From Actinomycetota bacterium (GTDB taxonomy: Bacteria > Actinomycetota > CADDZG01 > JAHWKV01), in the NCBI GenBank assembly GCA_040905365.1, contig JBBDRQ010000083.1, positions 1,172 to 65,171 of the forward strand: 64,000 nt of DNA, written 5' to 3'. The notes beneath the pieces are model-generated. The model had not been told where the DNA came from. It searched no databases and saw only the letters and a list, made by a program, of their open reading frames with translations. Position numbers and translations under genes: made by a program. Of the stretch, positions 36,594 to 46,321 are shown piece by piece (within the stretch, counting starts at the first letter, position 1; the number at the start of each line of letters is the position of its first letter).

Positions 36594-37592
36594 ATGAGCA
36601 GAGTGTTTTCAGGGGTGAAGCCCACCGCCGACGTGCCTCATCTAGGTAACTACATAGGCGCGTTTCGCCACTGGGTCTCGCTGCAGCAAGAACACGAGTG
36701 CTTCTTTTGCGTGGTGGATCTGCACAGCCTCACCGTCGAGTGGGACCCCAAGTTGTTGAGCCTTAGGTCCCGTCAAACCGCGGCCAGCCTCATCGCGTCG
36801 GGGATAGATCCCGAGAACTCCACCCTGTTTTTGCAGTCCGAGGTTCCCGAGCACAGCGAGCTGAGCTGGTATCTGACCTGCCTCTCCCGTATGGGCGAGC
36901 TGAGCCGCATGACGCAGTTCAAGGACAAGAGCCGCAACCTCAAGGGTGAGGCGATCGGCACCGGCTTGTACATGTACCCGGTGTTGATGGCGGCCGACGT
37001 GCTTGCCTACCGGGCGGATCTGGTGCCCGTCGGGGACGATCAGCGCCAGCACCTGGAGCTGATGCGCAATATCGCCGACCGGTTCAACCGCACCCTGGGC
37101 GAGACCTTCCCGGTGCCCGAACCCCTCATCGCCGAGGGCGGTGCCCGGATCATGTCCCTGGACGACCCGGCCAAGAAGATGGACAAAAGCTCGGACCGCC
37201 CCAACAACCTGATCTGGATGAACGACCCACCCGAGGTGGTGCGTAAGAAAATCTCCCGCGCGGTGACGGATTCGGGCACGGAGGTACGAAGGGCCGAGGA
37301 CAAGCCGGCCGTCTCGAACCTGCTTGAGATCTACTCTGCCGTTACCAGCCTGAGCATCGAAGAGCTGGAACAGAACTATGCAGGCAAGGGTTACGGAGAG
37401 TTCAAGTCCGGCCTGGCCGACGCGTTGATCGAGTTTTTGGACCCGTTTCGGCTCCGTTACGAGGAGATCCTCGACGACCGTGTCCAGCTGGATAAGCTAC
37501 TGGACGAAGGGGCCACCGTGGCCAGGGAGGCGGCGCACGAAACCATCAAAGTGGTTCGGGAAGCCGTAGGACTCCGGCGGCCATCGCACTGA
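36594..37592 (+). CDS. trpS: tryptophan--tRNA ligase
   Basis: 'PTADVPHLGNYIGA' HIGH-type motif. 'KMDKSS' KMSKS motif. Confidence 0.95.
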   Translation: MSRVFSGVKPTADVPHLGNYIGAFRHWVSLQQEHECFFCVVDLHSLTVEWDPKLLSLRSRQTAASLIASGIDPENSTLFLQSEVPEHSELSWYLTCLSRMGELSRMTQFKDKSRNLKGEAIGTGLYMYPVLMAADVLAYRADLVPVGDDQRQHLELMRNIADRFNRTLGETFPVPEPLIAEGGARIMSLDDPAKKMDKSSDRPNNLIWMNDPPEVVRKKISRAVTDSGTEVRRAEDKPAVSNLLEIYSAVTSLSIEELEQNYAGKGYGEFKSGLADALIEFLDPFRLRYEEILDDRVQLDKLLDEGATVAREAAHETIKVVREAVGLRRPSH

Positions 37593-37641
37593 GCCGGTCA
37601 AAATCCCACCGATGCACCGATCGCCTGGCTATTCTGGATCC

Positions 37642-38376
37642 GTGAGCTACGCCGTAAAGCTGGACGTCTACGAAGGTCCCCTGGACCTGCTCCTTCAGTT
37701 GATCTCCAAGGAACGGGTAAATGTCGCCGACGTAAGCATCGCGCGCGTGACCGAGGAGTATCTGCGGGCGGTGCGTGATCTGGGCGAAGCCGACCTGGAA
37801 ACCGCCTCGAGCTTCTTGGTTCTGGCGGCTACGCTGTTGGAGCTCAAGTCCCTCAAGCTGCTGCCCAAACGCTCGACCGAGGACCCCGAGATCAAGCTGC
37901 TGCTCGAGGAGCGGGACCGGCTGCTGCACCGTTTGATCGTCTACGCCAGCTTCAAACAGATGGCGTCGGAGCTGGCGGACCGCCTCGAGGCCAACGCGGG
38001 TTTCTACTCGCGCTCGGCCGAACTGCCGGAGGAGCTGATCCCGGCGGCTCCGGATCCGCTGAGGGCTCTAACCTCTAAGAAGCTGGCGCAGGCTGCGGCC
38101 CGAGTGTTTGCGCCCCCGGAGGAAGAAACTGTGGATCTTTCTCACGTCACGCCGATGAAACTGAGCCTCGAAGAGATGATCGATACCCTAAAGGAGCGGA
38201 TGCGCCGCCGGCGGCAGAGCACCTTCCGGGCACTGTGCTCGGCGTCGACCTCCCGAATAGACGTGGTCGTTTCGCTGCTGGCGGTCCTGGAGCTAAGCAA
38301 GCATAAGGTTATCGAGATCGACCAGGAAGAGCCGTTTGCCGAAATCTCGCTGAAGTGGGTGGCTGCAGATGAATGA
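37642..38376 (+). CDS. scpA: segregation and condensation protein A
   Basis: 'KLDVYEGPLDLLLQLISKERVNVADVSI' canonical ScpA start. GTG at 37642 is in frame. Confidence 0.85.
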   Translation: MSYAVKLDVYEGPLDLLLQLISKERVNVADVSIARVTEEYLRAVRDLGEADLETASSFLVLAATLLELKSLKLLPKRSTEDPEIKLLLEERDRLLHRLIVYASFKQMASELADRLEANAGFYSRSAELPEELIPAAPDPLRALTSKKLAQAAARVFAPPEEETVDLSHVTPMKLSLEEMIDTLKERMRRRRQSTFRALCSASTSRIDVVVSLLAVLELSKHKVIEIDQEEPFAEISLKWVAADE

Positions 38377-38935
38377 TCAATCGTTGGGACACTATCTGGA
38401 GGCGGTCCTGTTCGTTGCCGACGAACCGATTCCGACTTTGGACCTGGCTGTGCTGTTCGAGGTGACTGCTGCGCACATGGAGCAGCAGCTCAAGCTGCTG
38501 GCTCGAGATCTGCAAAGCGCCGGGCGGGGTATAGTGCTGCGTCAAGTGGCCGGCGGGTGGCGGCTGGCTACCCACCCGGATACGGCCGAGTTCCTGGAGC
38601 GGTTTGTCGGCGAGCAACGCAGTCCCCGGCTAAGCCGAGCCGCTTTGGAGACGCTGGCTATCGTTGCGTACCGGCAGCCCATCTCACGCGGTCAGCTGGC
38701 CGAGATCAGGGGCGTGTCGTGTGACGGTGTGCTTCGAACCCTCTTGTCCCGCGGGGTGGTGACCGAGATCGGGCGGGACTCGGGTCCCGGTCAGGCCATC
38801 CTGTACGGGACTACGTCGGTGCTGCTGGAGCGTTTGGGCCTGGACAGCCTGTCCGAGCTGCCCTCGCTGGCCGACTACATGCCCGACGGAGTGACGGTGC
38901 AGCGGATGGAGTCGGGTCTGGGTCCGGGGCTGTGA
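38369..38935 (+). CDS. scpB: segregation and condensation protein B
   Basis: 'LEAVLFVADEPI' and 'AALETLAIVAYRQPISRGQLAEIRGV' ScpB winged-helix motifs. Overlaps scpA by 8 nt. Confidence 0.85.
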   Translation: MNDQSLGHYLEAVLFVADEPIPTLDLAVLFEVTAAHMEQQLKLLARDLQSAGRGIVLRQVAGGWRLATHPDTAEFLERFVGEQRSPRLSRAALETLAIVAYRQPISRGQLAEIRGVSCDGVLRTLLSRGVVTEIGRDSGPGQAILYGTTSVLLERLGLDSLSELPSLADYMPDGVTVQRMESGLGPGL

Positions 38936-39693
38936 GCAAAGCCGGCGGAGCCGAGCCGCCGAGCGGCGTGCGGGTGCAGAAGATCCTTTCCGAAGCCGGG
39001 ATCGCGTCGCGCCGGGCCTCGGAGAAGCTGATCCGGGAGGGCAGGGTCCACATCAACGGCAAGCCGGCGGTGCTCGGTAGCCGCATCGATCCGGCGGCCG
39101 GCCGACTGACCGTCGACGGGGAGAGGGTCCAGGTGGATCCCTCCAAGGTCTACCTGATGCTAAACAAGCCCGAGGGAGTGATATCTACCGCCAGCGACCC
39201 CCAGGGCCGCACAACGGTGCTCGACATCGTTGGCGTCGAGCACCGGGTCTTCCCCGTGGGACGGCTCGATGTGATGACGGAGGGCTTGCTGCTCCTGACC
39301 AACGACGGAGAGCTGACCCATCGCCTGACTCACCCCTCGTACGAGGTCGGCAAGACCTACGTGGCGGAGGTGGAAGGGTTGTTCGGCAAGGGGGTGATCC
39401 GGCGGTTGACCGATACGGGGGTGGACCTCGGCGGCCGCGAGCCGTTCAAGGTCGACGCGGTGCGCGTGCTCGGCTCCCGTAAAGGGGCCGGCGCCAGGAG
39501 CGTTGTGGAGCTGAGAGTGCACGAGGGGTCCAAGCACCTGGTGCGGCGCCTGTTGGATGCGGCCGGCCGGCCGGTGGTGAGGCTGGCGCGTACGGGGCTG
39601 GGTCCCCTGACTCTGGGCAAGCTGGCCTCGGGAAGCTACCGGCACCTGTCGCGGCAAGAGGTGGACGCGCTGTATCGTGAAGTAGGTCTGTAG
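38932..39693 (+). CDS. rluB: pseudouridine synthase (RluB/RsuA family, S4 domain)
   Basis: S4 'RVQKILSEAGIASRRASEKLIREGRVHING' and catalytic 'GRLDVMTEGLLLLTNDG'. Confidence 0.85.
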   Translation: MSKAGGAEPPSGVRVQKILSEAGIASRRASEKLIREGRVHINGKPAVLGSRIDPAAGRLTVDGERVQVDPSKVYLMLNKPEGVISTASDPQGRTTVLDIVGVEHRVFPVGRLDVMTEGLLLLTNDGELTHRLTHPSYEVGKTYVAEVEGLFGKGVIRRLTDTGVDLGGREPFKVDAVRVLGSRKGAGARSVVELRVHEGSKHLVRRLLDAAGRPVVRLARTGLGPLTLGKLASGSYRHLSRQEVDALYREVGL

Positions 39694-39726
39694 GGCTGTT
39701 CGGGCGGGCTAAGGAGCGATTTTTTC

Positions 39727-40092
39727 ATGTCCAGATTGCGCGGACTGCGCGGCGCGACCTCCGTGAAGCAGGATACCGAGCAGGAGGTCGTTGACGCGAC
39801 GGTAGAGCTGGTACGGACGATGATGGGCCGGAACAGCTTAGAAATCGACGATCTGGTCACCATCATCTTTACCGCCACCCCGGACATCACTTCGCAGTTT
39901 CCGGCCTATGCGGCGCGTTCAATCGGGATCTCGGACATTCCGCTGCTGTGTGCGACGGAGATGGACGTCAAGGCAGCTCCGCCTCGGATCATCCGGGTGC
40001 TGATGCATATTTATACCGACAAGGGCTATAAGGACCTCCGGCATGTTTATCTAAGAGAGGCCCGGGGACTGCGCACCGATCTTCCTCAGTAG
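39727..40092 (+). CDS. aroH: chorismate mutase, AroH class
   Basis: 'LRGLRGATSVKQDTEQEVVDATVELVRTMM...DDLVTIIFTATPDITSQFPAYAAR' matches monofunctional AroH-type chorismate mutases of about 120 aa. Confidence 0.7.
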   Translation: MSRLRGLRGATSVKQDTEQEVVDATVELVRTMMGRNSLEIDDLVTIIFTATPDITSQFPAYAARSIGISDIPLLCATEMDVKAAPPRIIRVLMHIYTDKGYKDLRHVYLREARGLRTDLPQ

Positions 40093-40131
40093 CCTGGACA
40101 GCGGTCACCTTTTCGACAGACAGGGCGGGAC

Positions 40132-41244
40132 GTGAGCGACACCAAGAGCATCGAAACCGTAGCTATTCTCGGCATGGGGCTGATGGGCGGCTCTTTCGGC
40201 ATGGCTTGCTTGAGCAAGGGTTTGGTCGAGCGCGTGGTCGGCTTCGACTCGGATCCGCAGGCGACGCAGTCCGCGTTGAAAGCCGGAGCGATAACCGACT
40301 GCGCCTTTACCCTGGCCTGGGCGGTCAAGGAGGCCGACCTGGTCGTGATCGCGACACCGGTTAGAGCGATCCCGGGCGTGTTTGCCGAGGCAGCGCCCTT
40401 CTTGAAAGCCGGCTGCGTGGTGACCGACGTCGGCAGCACCAAGGCCGGCATCGTCCAGCAGGTACAGGACGCGTCGACCGCAGCGGTGCACTTTGTCGGC
40501 GGCCACCCGGTGGCGGGTTCCGAGAGCCACGGCATCGCCGCCGCCTCCCCGGACCTGTACGACGGCTGCTTTTGGATTCTCACGCCCATTAAACAGACCG
40601 CGGCCGAGGCCGAGGCCGCCCTTGAAGAGTTTCTGGGGCGGCTCGGAGCCAAGGTTCTGAGGCTGGATCCGGCCAAACACGATGAGGCCTTGGCGTTGAC
40701 CAGCCACCTGCCGCAGCTTCTGTCCAGCACCTTGATGGGCTTCGCTGCCGACGCGGCGACCTCAGGTGAAGGGCTGCCGCTGCTGGCGGCCGGCGGATTT
40801 AGGGACATGACCCGGATCGCCGCAAGCTCGCCCGAGATGTGGGTCGACATCGTCCGAGAGAACCAGCCGGCGCTGCTCGGGTTGATGAAGCGCTTCGAGC
40901 GGACTTTGGCCGGTGTCACCGAAATGCTCGACAGGCAGGACTGGGAAGCGCTGGGGAAGTCGTTGCACCAGGCCAGAGAGGTAAGGCGCGCTCTGCCGCT
41001 GAAGGCCGGCATGGATATCTCCGAGCTGGAGGAGATCCTGGTGGCGGTGCCCGACCGTCCGGGTGTGCTTGCCGAGGTTTCAACGGGGCTGCGGGAGTCG
41101 GGAGTCAACATCGAGGATTTGAATATTGTGCATATGCCGGAAGGCGGCAGGGGAGTGATTCATATTGCGGTGAGTGGATCCCACAACGCCGAGGTGGCGG
41201 TCAGGGCTCTGCGGGACCGGGGTTTCTCCGTGGACCGGCCGTGA
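40132..41244 (+). CDS. tyrA: prephenate dehydrogenase with C-terminal ACT domain
   Basis: Rossmann 'VAILGMGLMGGSFGMA' and 'VGGHPVAGSE'. C-terminal ACT ('LVAVPDRPGVLAEVSTGLRESGVNIEDL'). Confidence 0.85.
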   Translation: MSDTKSIETVAILGMGLMGGSFGMACLSKGLVERVVGFDSDPQATQSALKAGAITDCAFTLAWAVKEADLVVIATPVRAIPGVFAEAAPFLKAGCVVTDVGSTKAGIVQQVQDASTAAVHFVGGHPVAGSESHGIAAASPDLYDGCFWILTPIKQTAAEAEAALEEFLGRLGAKVLRLDPAKHDEALALTSHLPQLLSSTLMGFAADAATSGEGLPLLAAGGFRDMTRIAASSPEMWVDIVRENQPALLGLMKRFERTLAGVTEMLDRQDWEALGKSLHQAREVRRALPLKAGMDISELEEILVAVPDRPGVLAEVSTGLRESGVNIEDLNIVHMPEGGRGVIHIAVSGSHNAEVAVRALRDRGFSVDRP

Positions 41245-42527
41245 CCGCGGCCAGGCGTTTCGAGTCATCCGGCGCTCTGCGCGGCGCGTTCACCCCGCCG
41301 GCAGACAAGTCGCTGCTGCACCGAGCGCTGCTGCTGGCAAGCATGTCCGGGGGGCTGAGCCGGATCACCGCGCACAGCTGCGGCGCCGACGTGGGCTCGA
41401 CCCGCCGCTGCCTGCAGGCCTTGGGCACGCGCATCGAGGCGTCGGGGAGGGACCTCACGGTTACCGGCACGCGCTGGGATTTGCCGCCGGCCGCCGAGCT
41501 GGATACCGGCAATTCCGGTACGACGATGCGCTTGTTGACCGGCGCCGTAGCCGGCCGGCCGGGCACCTACCGATTGCGGGGCGACGCCTCGCTGTCGAAG
41601 CGGCCTATGCTACGGGTGGCCGAACCCCTTAGGCGGATGGGAGCGCAGGTGGGTTTGGCGGAAGGGGACACGCCGCCCATAGCGGTGACCGGCACCGCGT
41701 TGCGGTCCATCGAGTACCAGCCCTCGGTGGCCAGCGCTCAAGTAAAAGGGTGCATTTTGCTGGCCGGACTGCAGGCAGAGGGAACGACCACCGTCGTGGA
41801 ACCGATACCTACCCGCGACCACACCGAAAGGCTGCTCGGGTGGCTGGGCTGCCGCGTCGCCTCGGAGCAAACCCGGGTCAGCGTCACCGGCGGAGAGGAG
41901 CTGTTCAGTTCTAACGGCTTCAGCTTAGCGGTGCCCGGCGACGTTTCGTCGGCCGCCTTCTTGATCGTCGCAGCATGCCTGATCCCCGGATCTGAGATCT
42001 CGGTGACGGGGGTAGGGCTCAACCCGGGCCGCATCGGAGCGATAGAAGTTTTAAAGGACATGGGAGCGAATATTCATACGACAATTACGCATATGGATCC
42101 GGAACCGGTGGGCACGATCCAGGTGTCGGCCGGAGCGCTGCAGGCGACTGCGATCTCCGGAGCGATGATCCCCAAGTGTGTGGACGAGCTGCCCATCCTG
42201 GCTCTGGCCGCAACCCAGGCTGAGGGGGAAACTCTGATAACCGACGCCGCCGACTTGCGGTTCAAAGAAGCCAACCGCATCGAGGTGCTGGCCCGGGGGC
42301 TGAACGCCTTGGGCGCGCAGGTGGAGGAACTCGGAGACGGGCTGCGCGTAACCGGACCCACGCCACTGATCGGAGGCACGGTCAATTCTCGTGGTGATCA
42401 CCGGATGGCGCTCACCTTTGCGGTAGCCGGGTTGCTGGGCGGGGGCCCGGTCGACGTTCGGGGCTGGGCTGCCGTGGGCATCTCCTACCCGGAGTTCGAA
42501 GCGGACTTGGCGGAGTTGAACGCGTGA
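41241..42527 (+). CDS. aroA: 3-phosphoshikimate 1-carboxyvinyltransferase (EPSP synthase)
   Basis: 'PADKSLLHRALLLASMSGG' and 'NSGTTMRLLTG' EPSP synthase motifs. GTG at 41241 overlaps the tyrA stop. The track ORF from 40839 is an upstream extension. Confidence 0.9.
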   Translation: MTAARRFESSGALRGAFTPPADKSLLHRALLLASMSGGLSRITAHSCGADVGSTRRCLQALGTRIEASGRDLTVTGTRWDLPPAAELDTGNSGTTMRLLTGAVAGRPGTYRLRGDASLSKRPMLRVAEPLRRMGAQVGLAEGDTPPIAVTGTALRSIEYQPSVASAQVKGCILLAGLQAEGTTTVVEPIPTRDHTERLLGWLGCRVASEQTRVSVTGGEELFSSNGFSLAVPGDVSSAAFLIVAACLIPGSEISVTGVGLNPGRIGAIEVLKDMGANIHTTITHMDPEPVGTIQVSAGALQATAISGAMIPKCVDELPILALAATQAEGETLITDAADLRFKEANRIEVLARGLNALGAQVEELGDGLRVTGPTPLIGGTVNSRGDHRMALTFAVAGLLGGGPVDVRGWAAVGISYPEFEADLAELNA

Positions 42528-43177
42528 AGGATACGGTGATTGTAGCCGTGGACGGTCCGGCCGGCTCCGGCAAGAGCTCGGTCGCAGCGCTGCTCGCTAA
42601 GAGGCTGGGGGTCGAGCACGTAGACACCGGTGGGATGTATCGGGCTTTCGCTCTACGCTGCTTGCGTAGCAAGGTGAACCTGGAAGATGAGGCGAAGGTG
42701 GCCGTCCTGGTCCCGGACACCCACCTCGAGGTGGTCTTCGGAAAGGTTCTGCTTGACGGTTCGGACATCACCGGCGAACTGCGCCGGCCGGAGGTATCGG
42801 CGGCGTCGTCGGTGATCGCCCAGTACCCGTCGGTGCGCGACTACATGGTCACGGTGCAAAGAAGCGCAGTCAAAGCCGCTCCCGCTGGAGCCATCGTGGA
42901 AGGTAGAGACATAGGCACCGTAGTACTGCCCGATGCGGACGTGAAAATCTACTTGACCGCGAGCGAAGTTACGCGGGCAGCCCGCCGCGCCGCCCAAGCC
43001 GGACTGTCGGTAAGCGAAGGGCTCAGCGAGATCGCGCAGCGCGACTCCCGCGATTCGGCCCGCAAGCACTCTCCTCTGAAGCCGGCCAGCGACGCGATCG
43101 TCGTCGATACGAGCGACATGAACTTGGAGCAGGTGGTCGACAAGGTGGAGCAAATCGTTGCCGGGGCTCGCTCATGA
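42524..43177 (+). CDS. cmk: cytidylate kinase
   Basis: P-loop 'VAVDGPAGSGKSSVA' and 'DTGGMYRA'. Confidence 0.9.
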   Translation: MKDTVIVAVDGPAGSGKSSVAALLAKRLGVEHVDTGGMYRAFALRCLRSKVNLEDEAKVAVLVPDTHLEVVFGKVLLDGSDITGELRRPEVSAASSVIAQYPSVRDYMVTVQRSAVKAAPAGAIVEGRDIGTVVLPDADVKIYLTASEVTRAARRAAQAGLSVSEGLSEIAQRDSRDSARKHSPLKPASDAIVVDTSDMNLEQVVDKVEQIVAGARS

Positions 43178-44517
43178 CCGACAAGGCTCTGCCCAACGTG
43201 GTGGTCGTGGGGCGGCCGAATGTCGGTAAGTCCACCCTGGTGAACCGGTTGGCCGAGCGCCGGGGGTCGATTGTAGGGCCGACGCCGGGGCTCACCCGCG
43301 ACCGGTTGAGCGCCCCTGCGCAGTGGCGAGGCCGGCAGTTCGTCCTTACCGATACCGGAGGCTTGCTCGAGGAGGCGCTGGGTCCGGATTCCTCAGACAC
43401 CATTACCTCCATGGTGGCCGCCGCTGCGCTGGGAGCGGTGGACCTTGCGGACCTCGTCCTGTTCGTGGTGGACGGCCAGGTGGGAGTCACCTCCGACGAC
43501 CTGGCGCTCGTCAAGCGCCTGCGGAAGGCGGCGGCGCCGGTGGTAGTGGTCGCCAACAAGGTGGACGGCCGCTCCGGCGAGGACCGGGCATGGGACCTGC
43601 TCAGCTTGGGGCTAGGGGAGCCCAGCTTGGTTTCGGCGCTCCATGGCCGGGGCACGGGGGATTTGCTGGATCGAATTATCGAGCAGCTGCCGGATCCGGA
43701 TCAGATGCAGCCGGCGCCCGACGTGCCCTGCATAGCGCTGGTCGGCCGGCCCAACGTCGGCAAATCGATGCTGTTCAACCGCCTGATCGGGGAGAACCGC
43801 AGCATCGTGCACGAGGAACCCGGGACCACCCGCGACTCGGTCGATTCCCTGGTCGAGATCGAGGGCCGGCGGTATCGCTTCGTCGACACGGCCGGTATTC
43901 GCCGCCACGCCAAAACCCGGGACGTGGAAATCTACAGCGCCAGCCGGACTCGCCAGGCAATCCAGCGAGCGGATTTGGCGATCCTGGTCGTCGACGGCCG
44001 TGAAGGCGCAACTGCCCAGGAGCAGCGTATCGCCCGGCAGGTAGCCGACGAGGGGGTGGCCGCGATCGTTGCCCTGAACAAATGGGACCTGATGGACGAT
44101 GCCGAGACCGCCCGCATAGCGGAGGAGACGGCCGCCGACAGGCTCAAGTTCATCGACTACGCCACCCTTATCCGGACCTCCGGGCTGACCGGCCGCGCGG
44201 TGGGAAAGATTTTCCCGGTAATTCAAAACGTCCTGGAGTGCCGTCAGCGCCGGGTATCGACGGGCCGATTGAACGATTTGATTCAGCAGACTCAGCAAAA
44301 GGCGCCGCCGCCCGGCGTAGGAGGCCGCCACAACAAGGTGTTGTACGCCACGCAGGCGTCGACGGCTCCGCCGACGTTCGTGCTCTTCTCTACCGGTGAA
44401 CTGCCGATGTCGTGGCAGCGGTTCTTGGAGAGGCGCTTGCGGGAGCAGTTCGACTTCTCCGGCAACCCGATTCGCCTGGTGGTGCGAGAACGCAGCCGCG
44501 CGCGCAAGGGAGAATGA
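43174..44517 (+). CDS. der: ribosome-biogenesis GTPase Der (EngA), tandem GTPase domains plus KH-like domain
   Basis: Two G1 motifs (GRPNVGKST, GRPNVGKSM). Two DTxG motifs. Two NKxD motifs. Confidence 0.9.
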   Translation: MTDKALPNVVVVGRPNVGKSTLVNRLAERRGSIVGPTPGLTRDRLSAPAQWRGRQFVLTDTGGLLEEALGPDSSDTITSMVAAAALGAVDLADLVLFVVDGQVGVTSDDLALVKRLRKAAAPVVVVANKVDGRSGEDRAWDLLSLGLGEPSLVSALHGRGTGDLLDRIIEQLPDPDQMQPAPDVPCIALVGRPNVGKSMLFNRLIGENRSIVHEEPGTTRDSVDSLVEIEGRRYRFVDTAGIRRHAKTRDVEIYSASRTRQAIQRADLAILVVDGREGATAQEQRIARQVADEGVAAIVALNKWDLMDDAETARIAEETAADRLKFIDYATLIRTSGLTGRAVGKIFPVIQNVLECRQRRVSTGRLNDLIQQTQQKAPPPGVGGRHNKVLYATQASTAPPTFVLFSTGELPMSWQRFLERRLREQFDFSGNPIRLVVRERSRARKGE

Positions 44518-44547
44518 CTCGACACCTGAGAGTAGAATAGAGAACCA

Positions 44548-44621
44548 CGGGACGTGGCGTAGCTTGGTAGCGCATCCGGCTGGGGGCCGGGAGGTCGTCG
44601 GTTCAAATCCGGCCGTCCCGA
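44548..44621 (+). tRNA. tRNA-Pro (anticodon GGG)
   Basis: Manually folded. Acceptor CGGGACG/CGTCCCG. D-arm GCGT-AGCTTGGTA-GCGC. Anticodon arm TCCGG-CTGGGGG-CCGGG (U33-GGG-G37). T-arm GTCGG-TTCAAAT-CCGGC. Discriminator A. No encoded CCA. Coordinates +/-1. Confidence 0.8.
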
Positions 44622-44778
44622 CTTACGGTTGGCTTACGCCCGACATATTTGGCGAAAACGCGCTTAGGCCCGGCGGAACCGGGGGAATATCTTTCCGGGG
44701 CTTCCTCGTTGTAACTTCATGACGATGCGACAATGAGGATTAAGTTGCACTTGCGTACCCAGGGAGGGGCGATCAGAC

Positions 44779-45003
44779 ATGACCGAGGAAAAGAAGGACT
44801 CGAAGTCCATGTACGAGACCATCATGAACGTACCGGGCACCAAGCAGATCGGTGCACCGCCGGACAAAAAGAAGGCTGCTGATCGTATTCTGGCTGCGTA
44901 CCAGGACTCTACGTCCGAGCGGAATGAAGAATTGCAGAAGAATCTGGCCGACAGTGTCAACGACCCGCCCAAGTCCATCGGGGAACGCATCGAGGGCGAA
45001 TAG
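44779..45003 (+). CDS. small hydrophilic hypothetical protein (74 aa)
   Basis: Strong RBS 'agggagggg' 7 nt upstream of the ATG. Lower GC than surroundings. 'MTEEKKDSKSMYETIMNVPGTKQIGAPPDKKKAADRILAAYQD...'. Confidence 0.5.
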   Translation: MTEEKKDSKSMYETIMNVPGTKQIGAPPDKKKAADRILAAYQDSTSERNEELQKNLADSVNDPPKSIGERIEGE

Positions 45004-45631
45004 TCGTAGCAACATCGATCAAGGTGCTGACTTCCAAGGCGCGCGTCCATTTGTTTACGCCGCTTTGGGGGCCTCGGACGCCCTCGGCATAGGCGCGGAC
45101 GACCCCGAAACCGAGGGTTGGGTAAAGGTGTTCCATGAGCGAATGCCCAAGGGCACCATTCTGCATCGCCTGGGCGCCTCCGGGGCAACCGCCGCGGAGG
45201 CTCGCGCGGAGTTGTTGCCGCACCTCGAACGGGCCGGACCACCCGACATAGTGACCATCTGGCTGGCGGTAAACGACTTTCGCAAGCAAGTGCCGTTGAA
45301 CGAATATCTCGAGCATTTGGGTGAGATTCTCGGACGTGCGGCGGCCACCGGGGCCGATGTCTTCGTAGGCAACCTGCCTGAGTTGGTCGGAATTCCTGAT
45401 TTCGACGAATTTCACCCCGACGAGTTGCGCGAGGTTGCGCGGCAGTGGAATGAGGGCATCGCCAATTTGGCCGAAACCCACGGCGCCGTGGTGGTCGACA
45501 TAATGGAAGCGTCGGACGGTCTCGGCGAAGAGCGCAGCTACCTGCTGGCTGAGGATCGGTTTCACCCCTCATCGCTGGGTCACCTGGCGCTGGCGGAAAT
45601 CTTCTTCCATTACTTCGAGATGAACCGTTAG
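44954..45631 (+). CDS. SGNH/GDSL-family hydrolase (start uncertain)
   Basis: 'VYAALGASDALGIG' (GDS-like block I, Ser nucleophile). 'LAVNDF' (block III). 'DRFHPSSLG' (DxxH block V). The only canonical in-frame starts before block I are the GTG at 44954, which overlaps the small ORF, and the TTG at 45065, which sits implausibly close to block I. Confidence 0.6.
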   Translation: MSTTRPSPSGNASRANSRSNIDQGADFQGARPFVYAALGASDALGIGADDPETEGWVKVFHERMPKGTILHRLGASGATAAEARAELLPHLERAGPPDIVTIWLAVNDFRKQVPLNEYLEHLGEILGRAAATGADVFVGNLPELVGIPDFDEFHPDELREVARQWNEGIANLAETHGAVVVDIMEASDGLGEERSYLLAEDRFHPSSLGHLALAEIFFHYFEMNR

Positions 45632-45706
45632 CCGCGATGCACCGATGGTAGGTCGCAGCCGGGTACCATAGACGAGCGAGCCTAATTCTATCCATCAGAG
45701 GGCTAT

Positions 45707-46321
45707 TTGGTGAGCCAAACCGACGAACCTACGCCAGCGCACGACGAGGAGGTAGTGCTCGATCGGGCGCTGACCATACCTAACCTCATCACCATCTCGC
45801 GGATGCTGGTGATCCCGCTTTTTGCTTGGGTGTTCTTAATGGGGGAGTACGACGCCGTGGCCCTGGTCCTGCTGGTGCTGATCGGATCCACCGACTGGCT
45901 CGACGGGTTCGTGGCACGGCGGATAGGCCAGGTAAGCAAACTGGGCAAGCTGCTGGATCCGGTTGCCGATCGTATGGCGATCATCGTGGTGCTGTTGGCC
46001 CTGGTGTTCAGGGGGGTGATCCCGGTGCTGCTGGCCGGCGCCTTGCTTCTGCGGGATCTGATCGTCTCGGTCGCCTTTCCGGTCCTGGAGGCCAAAGGCT
46101 TCGAGCGAATTCCGGTGAACCGCACCGGCAAGTGGGCTACCGCCTTTATCTTCGCGGGTATGGCGTTGGCGGCGGGCAGCGTGCTGGAGACCCCTGTGCG
46201 CCAGTCCGTCGAAGTGGCTGCAGTCGCCTTGTTGACGGCCGGCGCGGTTGCCTACTGGGCGGCGGGATTTCTGTACGTGAAGGCGATACGCCGACAGGTT
46301 CGAGAGCGGGTAACCGCTTGA
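45707..46321 (+). CDS. CDP-alcohol phosphatidyltransferase family protein
   Basis: 'DWLDGFVARRIGQVSKLGKLLDPVADRMAI' is the D-G-x2-A-R-x8-G-x3-D-x3-D signature. 5-6 TM helices. Confidence 0.8.
   Translation: MVSQTDEPTPAHDEEVVLDRALTIPNLITISRMLVIPLFAWVFLMGEYDAVALVLLVLIGSTDWLDGFVARRIGQVSKLGKLLDPVADRMAIIVVLLALVFRGVIPVLLAGALLLRDLIVSVAFPVLEAKGFERIPVNRTGKWATAFIFAGMALAAGSVLETPVRQSVEVAAVALLTAGAVAYWAAGFLYVKAIRRQVRERVTA

Noticed and set aside
36498-36594. Possible T-box leader upstream of trpS.
   Set aside because: The intergenic region is only about 95 nt, far shorter than a T-box riboswitch. No specifier or T-box consensus is visible.
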